The notes beneath the pieces are model-generated. The model was given only the letters and a program-made list of their open reading frames with translations. It was not told where the DNA came from and searched no databases. A DNA stretch of 64,000 nt from the NCBI GenBank assembly GCA_001244265.2, contig CDLV01000004.1, positions 3,720,001 to 3,784,000 of the forward strand. Reading direction: 5' to 3'. Of the stretch, positions 57,624-64,000 are shown in pieces; the first letter of the stretch is position 1, and every line of letters starts with the position of its first letter. Both the position numbers and the translations under genes were made by a program. The DNA is from Microbotryum violaceum (Eukaryota).

Positions 57624-60600
57624 TTGAAACACGCAGAAAGTGAGAACCAGCTAATACGCTGTATTTAATCCTAGAATAAAAATAAGAAGCAAAGTCTCCT
57701 CAACCGTTCCGACCATTCAAACCGCTGCGCTCCTTTCGTTCGCCTTCATCCCTTCATCCGCGCATCCGGCCCGGTCTTCCACTCACATCCCGCCATATGA
57801 TTCGTCGCTGACAGTCAATCCTCGAGTCACCGAAGTACTGAGTTAATCTGGGACCGCTTAACCGCTGAGAAATCTGCCGCAATCGGCGTTTTGACCCTGC
57901 CCGGACTAGTGGAAATTGAAACGACTCCCGCCTCGGCCCTCGAAACGACTTCGGAACTCCATCCTGCTTCGACCAAGACGACTCTGCTACAACCGCTGCT
58001 TACGACGGATTCCCGAGTATCACAGACCCCGCTAAAATGACGCGACCTCGCTTCAACCGGAATGACTCCTGACGGGGCCCGGTCTGTCGGAAATGACCCG
58101 ACGGGATCCCGGGTACCACACTTCTGGTCAATGTTATGGAGCTTTAAGGGAGAGTACATGCGAGGATAGTATCGTCGTGAGTGAAGAGGCATGAAATGCC
58201 CAGGCATCGTGCAAGCAGTAGCGGTACGAGTGGGCGTCCAGCAGCGCGGTAACTTTTAGGGGTTAACACGGTCGACCGGGTGATTTGTGCACTGTCACCG
58301 AAAGGAATGATCAAGTTAATTGTCTTAGTTCGAACACGCACTTTCGTAGATGTAGGAAGATACGGTCCCCCAACGAAGCGTTTGATCGTTTCGATTGATG
58401 GCTTGTGGGTGAAGAATAGGAGCTATTAGGGGGGCAAGCAATTATTACCCACTGCTGGTCAATTTTCAACGGTTCTCGGCGGTTTTCAATTCCAAGGACG
58501 CCGAGCCCATGGTAGTCGGTCCTAACATAATCTGGGAACTATCACAGGCCAACTGAAATATCCGCACGTGCCAAGACCACCTTGTCTACTCGTGCCGGGC
58601 TTGACGAGCTCCTGGCGTTGCGGGACCGGTAAAGGTGAACTGCGGTCGAGTCCACGAGACTGCTCCCACTCGAAGGTGCTGCGCGCACGCAGTCCTTGTA
58701 AGGTTCTGATTTTGCATTGTAATGCGGTGAGTAATTTGCACTGAAATGCAATTAGTCGTCAAACCTCTGAAGTGTTGATCTCGGTGCTTGTGAGTGTCGC
58801 GAACAGTTAACTATGTCCGGGCCAAATTACTGTCGAAGATAAATGCTGAGCCCGCGCTGCGTGACCATGAAGAAAGGGTACCAAGCAGCACTTGACAAGC
58901 TTCCTAAGAAAAAGCTGCATTATCTGTTTGACGACGCAGTGGATGTCTCCCGTCCGACATGAAGTGTTAGGTAGCTGACCTTGGTAGGGTCGCCGGCGGC
59001 CGGGTCCGACTTAGGCGGCTTCGGAATTCTCTTAAGAGCCCTTTCATGTTGCCGCCTCGCTGATGGTTGGGGCTCAATTTATGCCGTTGAGCTAGATAGA
59101 AATGGACGTCTTCTGAGAAGGAGCTGAAAAGGACTCGGTACTGTGGTCTCGCGGATCAACAGCCCCGGGGTTATTATTCTCTTGGATGGCGCCAATCCAA
59201 AAATACCCTCTTACGGGCTGGAGGCTGGAAGCGCACCGCGCACCGCTCACGCGCTCCCAGCCCCTCCCCTCAACCCGAGCTTCTCATACGAAAAGAGCTC
59301 GCATAAAGGAGCCTGCTTTGAACATATTCGATCTTCGCTGGTCAAGACTCTGGCGCGCAGAGACGGCTGCTTGTTCCATGGAACTTATCATCCCTCACTG
59401 CATTTGAAGCTGTGAAAAAACCTCGGGATTTGCTCTACAAAAAGCGTGATCCTGTAATCGGAACGTTCGAGAGTCCTCACAAAACAAATGTACTACGAAG
59501 CGCTCACATCTAGATCGCGGCGGGAGGAAACAAAGCGACGTCAAAGGAGAATCATGACACACACAGCAGCAGCGCTGCAACATCCGATAGTCATCCGATC
59601 GGGCGCCGCATCGGCCATGCATCAGAATGTCGCCGCCCGAGAGTGTCGACTCGACCGTAATGAACGCGTCGACGACGCGCCGGAACCCCTTCCGCGCGCG
59701 CGCCCCTTGTCTGCCTTATTACTTCTCTGCAGGCGGGACGGCCGTAACAGGCAATTTTGAAGCTTCACCGCGATGGGCCAGCTGCGCCCCCGGCGGCTCT
59801 GCTCTCTTTGAGTGAGTCATAACTACCACAAGGGGTCTCAAAACAAAGCGACATGAGTGTAATTGCGCATTGATTATGTTCAACAAGGACCTAACATTCT
59901 TCCCTTAATCAGCCGCATAATAAAGAGTGGCGAATACGACCGAGTCTGTTGGGGACCCCGTGCGCACGCAGAGTCGGCTTGGACCAAGACAAGCCAAAGG
60001 TTTTACATGAGAGCGATTCGGCGGCGATCGGGGAGCGAGTAGAGAAACAGCTCGAAGGGGGAGGTCCTAAAATCGAAATTGGAACGGCGGTCAAAAAAGG
60101 GCGCCGCGAGTTTTGGAAATACAATCGCAATCTGGGCCGCACAACGTCCAAGGGGGCTGGAGGGCGCGCGCGCCGGTGTATGCGCGCCTGCCTCTTGTGG
60201 CGATGAGGCGCCGGCGCTTGTGCATTGTGCCTTGGAGACTCTGACGAGTTTCGGTCGCCTCATACCCCTTCTTCACTCGCTCAGCCTCCCCCTTGTACCC
60301 CGCCCCATACATACATCCAGCCCGCCTGTCTATCCGCCAGCACATCCGCCCCGTAGCCCGACCGTTCCTTCTACAACGACACAGCTTCGACTCGTCACGA
60401 TCATCTACACGCTCTACACCCACGTACCCTTCGTTGTACACCTTCCACCTCGTCTCGAGTCAGCCTTCGCACCCCGCGCATCGGCACCCGCACGAGCCTC
60501 TCGCAGCACGGATTCTGAGTGTACGCACATAGACGCACCCCCTTGGGTTGCCCCTCTCGACGGAGGCCGCGTAGTAGGTGGGCATCGCGTACTCATCACG

Positions 60601-60675
60601 ACCGGAATTGTATCCCCACAGGTTACCTACTTCCACCCACCCCTGTAATCGACTGTCGATCTTGGACAGTGCTTG

Positions 60676-63542
60676 ATGCATTACCTGTCGGCGGCTCTCG
60701 GGAGTCCATTCGACACGGTCGCCGCTGCCACCGCCATCTGCTCGGACCGCCTGGCCTTTGAGGACGAGGTTGCGTCGTCTTGTTCGTCTTCGTCTTCGTC
60801 GTCTTCGGCTTCGTCGTCGAGTTCAGGCTCGCCAGCATCTTCCATGTCCCCGACCTTCTCCCACACGTCGTGCAGGGCCCAGGGCGCTTATGAGGATGAG
60901 CCCATGATCTCGCCCGCGGCGGCCGCACCCAGGGTGTCTCACCTCCCGAATCAACGCCCCCGGCGCGTGTCGCCGAAAGAGGCCCAGCCGCGCACCGCCG
61001 CCAGCGCTGCTGCCGCCCACGCCTCAGCTACCGGGCGCCGCGCCTCGACCGCCGCCATCGACTTCGACATTGACAGCAACGACGAGGACGATGATTTCTT
61101 CGGCACAACAAACCAACCGCCCGTCGCATCGACCTCGACTGGGCCTTCGCCTTCCTCTTCTTCCTCGTCGCCGACATCTTCTTCGTTCAACACGGGGAGG
61201 TCGTCCTCGCCGGCTTCGAGACCGAGCTCGAGCTCGCCCCCGGTCCACGAGCCGATTCTGCACCCCGAGCAGCTTCTCCAACCGCTCACACCTCCGCCCA
61301 ACTCGTTCGCATCAGCTCAGGCCGCCATGGCGGCACAAAATTCGTCGCACTCACAGAATCTGATAGGCCACATGATCGACAACTCGTCAAAGGGGTATCC
61401 GTCTCAGCTCGAGTTCATCTCGATTCTCGGCCTCGGCGCGTATGGCGTCGTCTACCTCGCTCGGGATGTCTTGGCTCAGCCGTCTGCATTCCCCTCTTCG
61501 AGAGCACATCCAGGACTTGGGAACCAGCCTTTGTACGCCGTCAAGTGCCTCAATAAACTCGGCCTCGATGAGCGCCAGCTCAAATTCCAGCGACGAGAGA
61601 TTTTGCTGCATTCGCTCGCCTCGCCGCACGGGAACGTCGTCACGCTACACAATTACATCGTCGAAGAGAACTGCATCTACGTCGTTCTGCAATTCTGCGA
61701 AGAGGGCGACCTTTTTGGGATGATCACGGAGCGACAGCGATACCTTGGCGACGACGAGCTCATCCGCAGCGTCTTCCTTCAAATCGTCGACGCCGTCGAA
61801 TTCTGCCACCAAAACAGCATCTACCACCGCGATCTCAAGCCCGAGAACATCCTGTGTCTCGATGATGGGAAGAAGGTGGTACTTGCAGACTTTGGCTTGG
61901 CGACGCACGAAAAGACATCGGGCGACTTCGGCTGCGGCAGCACCTTTTACATGAGTCCTGGTTAGTTTTTACATCCGCCTCCTGGAGGAAGTGTATTCCG
62001 TTCTAGTCAACTGACCCGGCTTGGCTTCGTCCCCTCTCCCCATGCTTCACAGAATGCCAAGGCGGTCTCTTCCAGCGACTGACATCGTACTCGACCCCCA
62101 CAATGACATCTGGTCACTGGGTGTCATCCTCGTCAACCTCACCTGCGGGCGCAACCCGTGGAAGCAGGCCTGCCCCTCGGATGAGACCTTCTGCGCCTAC
62201 CTCGGCAATCCTGACTTCCTTCGCTCGATCTTGCCCATCTCGGAGCACACAAACCGCATCCTCAAGCGCATCTTTGCGTTAAACCCCAAGGCTCGCATCA
62301 ACCTTAGGGATTTGCGCCGCGAGATTCTCAGCGTCAAGACATTTGTCATGACCGAAGAGGAGTTGCGCCACGCAACCAAAGCGACCAAGGAGGCCGCGAG
62401 GGCATTCGCGCAAGGAATCGTCGACGAGGTGCTGGAGGAGGGGGCCGTGGAGGCTGAATATTGCGACGACCTCATGTCGCAGGACCAAAGCATGGAGGAG
62501 GCCGTCAACCAGGGCGAAGACCTGCTGCTGCTGCAGTCGGCGATGGGTGAGTACAACGGAGACCGAGGCGACATAGAATCAGAGGGCCTTTTACTCATTC
62601 GGAGCCGCTCGCCTTGCCTAAAAGATGTACTGCCAGCGACCCCAACCCAGCCTTTCCGCGCTGCACCCCTCATCACCCCGCCTGCTACGCCCCGACGAGG
62701 CCATCGCCCTGCCGACATCACCCCCGTCTCGCACCAGGATGCGCTTAGAGCCTCGTACTCGCGAGGTTCCAGTGGAAGCGAAGAATCGTCCGACAGTTCC
62801 AATTCGGACGAGGAGGCGACTCCTCACCTCCGCCGCCGCCGCCGTCGCGATATCTTCCTTACCCCGCCATCGCACTCTCGCAGCGTATTTGAATCGGTCG
62901 GACCGAGCCTTAACGACCCTCGCCCTCCTTCTCCTGTCACTCCGACGACTCACCGCCGCACGCGAGGCTCCAGGAACGCCTCTCCGCGCTCAGCGGCCGC
63001 TCGTCTCGCCAAAGTCACGGGCAGCGGACAGCGACGGCAGCGCAAGACCTCGTTCGATTCTTCGTCCTCTTCTTCGGGCGCGTCGGCTTCGCAGCCGCCG
63101 ACGCCAACCGGACCCCCGGTCTACTCGCAAGCGCAACACTATGGCCGCGATGGGCAATACAGCAGCTTCGAAAGCAGCTACGTGCACCCCGCTGGGGTCG
63201 ACGCCGCCAAGCAGCACCGCGAACTGCCGCCCGATGTCCTTACCGCCTACTACCCCGTATTCTCTGCTGGTGGGTCCTCATATCTCTCTCGCACATGCGA
63301 CGAGTCCACGAGCCAACACTGACTTTTTCCCTCTTACTCGTATAGATTGGCACGAAGCTGCGACCGAGCAAGCGAGTCACTATACCGTCACGCTCCCCCC
63401 ACCCGTCTTGCTGCCGAGCTGCACCGAAAACGCCGACGGCACGCCTTTCGACTTCCCTCTTCCCCCTACCGGCCACTACCATCGCGCACCGGCTCGTGCG
63501 GGTGAGATCCCTCGCGTGGAAATCTTCGAGACCTCTTACTAG
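60676..63542 (+). CDS. Ser/Thr protein kinase of the Ran1/Pat1 (Sks1/Vhs1-like) family (spliced); apparent 1-nt deletion at about 62097
   Basis: LGLGAYGVVYLA, YAVKCL, HRDLKPEN, DFGLA, GCGSTFYMSPE and NDIWSLGVILVNLTCGRNPW motifs. Introns at 61961-62052 and about 63270-63345. Confidence 0.92.
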
Positions 63543-64000
63543 AGAGACCGCTGGGCAATTTTCGCGGCAGCGGTCACGAAGAGCGAACCCCGGCGGCCGT
63601 GCCCCTCCTGCCTTGCCCCCCCACCTCATACCCGTATCAAAATGCAACCCCCCCCCCCCCAACCTGGTGTCAAACACCCTAGAACAAGCCACACGACCTG
63701 TATTCCTCGCTCTACTCCGTCATTCGTATCGCATTCGGTGCTTATCTTTTCTCGCCGTCTAATACTGTAGGCTGCTCGTCCAATGAGCAAGCCCCCGATA
63801 TCCACCGTCTCTGCCTCGCAACTGATACACCTTCCGTATAGCTTGTTGTTTCTATTAGTATTAGCGTAACATAATATGGAAAACCACGTATTGTGGTGAT
63901 TTGGATATCTTACACCCCGAACGACACTGTCCTCGCCTCGTTCAGTTTTGGAGAGAGAATGTGTAGCATCTTGTGCTTGGTTTGTGCAGTGGTTGGGACT

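Noticed and set aside
60079-60648. 189-aa ORF upstream of the kinase
   Set aside because: Non-ATG start, low-complexity and no motif; more likely promoter or 5' UTR sequence.

Overview
Intron-rich eukaryotic fungal DNA. Short GT-AG introns, the gene set and the transposon content suggest a basidiomycete, probably Microbotryum-like (inferred, not proven). Bases 1-31 kb are a transposon graveyard. They hold a spliced Plavaka-type DNA transposase (2732-7324) with a divergent, decayed partner gene. That partner is interrupted by a 307-bp A-tailed insert carrying an antisense tRNA-like cassette. Next is a nested LTR-retrotransposon stack: a Copia remnant hosts Gypsy/chromovirus A (10885-23500, TSD CCACC), which contains the 5' half of Copia C, an inverted Gypsy RT fragment and full-length Gypsy B (16686-21789). 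A 5'-truncated second B-family copy lies at 26951-30283. Bases 31-64 kb carry ordinary host genes: acyl-CoA oxidase, RRP41, glutamyl-tRNA synthetase, a Zn2Cys6 factor, GAA1, an MSC7-like aldehyde dehydrogenase (with a solo LTR just upstream), TRM8, an MFS transporter and a Ran1/Pat1-family kinase. The most unusual signals are the tRNA-bearing insert, oligo-T tracts where both Gypsy families should have a tRNA primer-binding site, a 9-bp duplication around the composite nested insert, and homopolymer frameshifts in three host genes (probably assembly errors). All calls come from reading the sequence and recognising motifs by eye; no searches were run.
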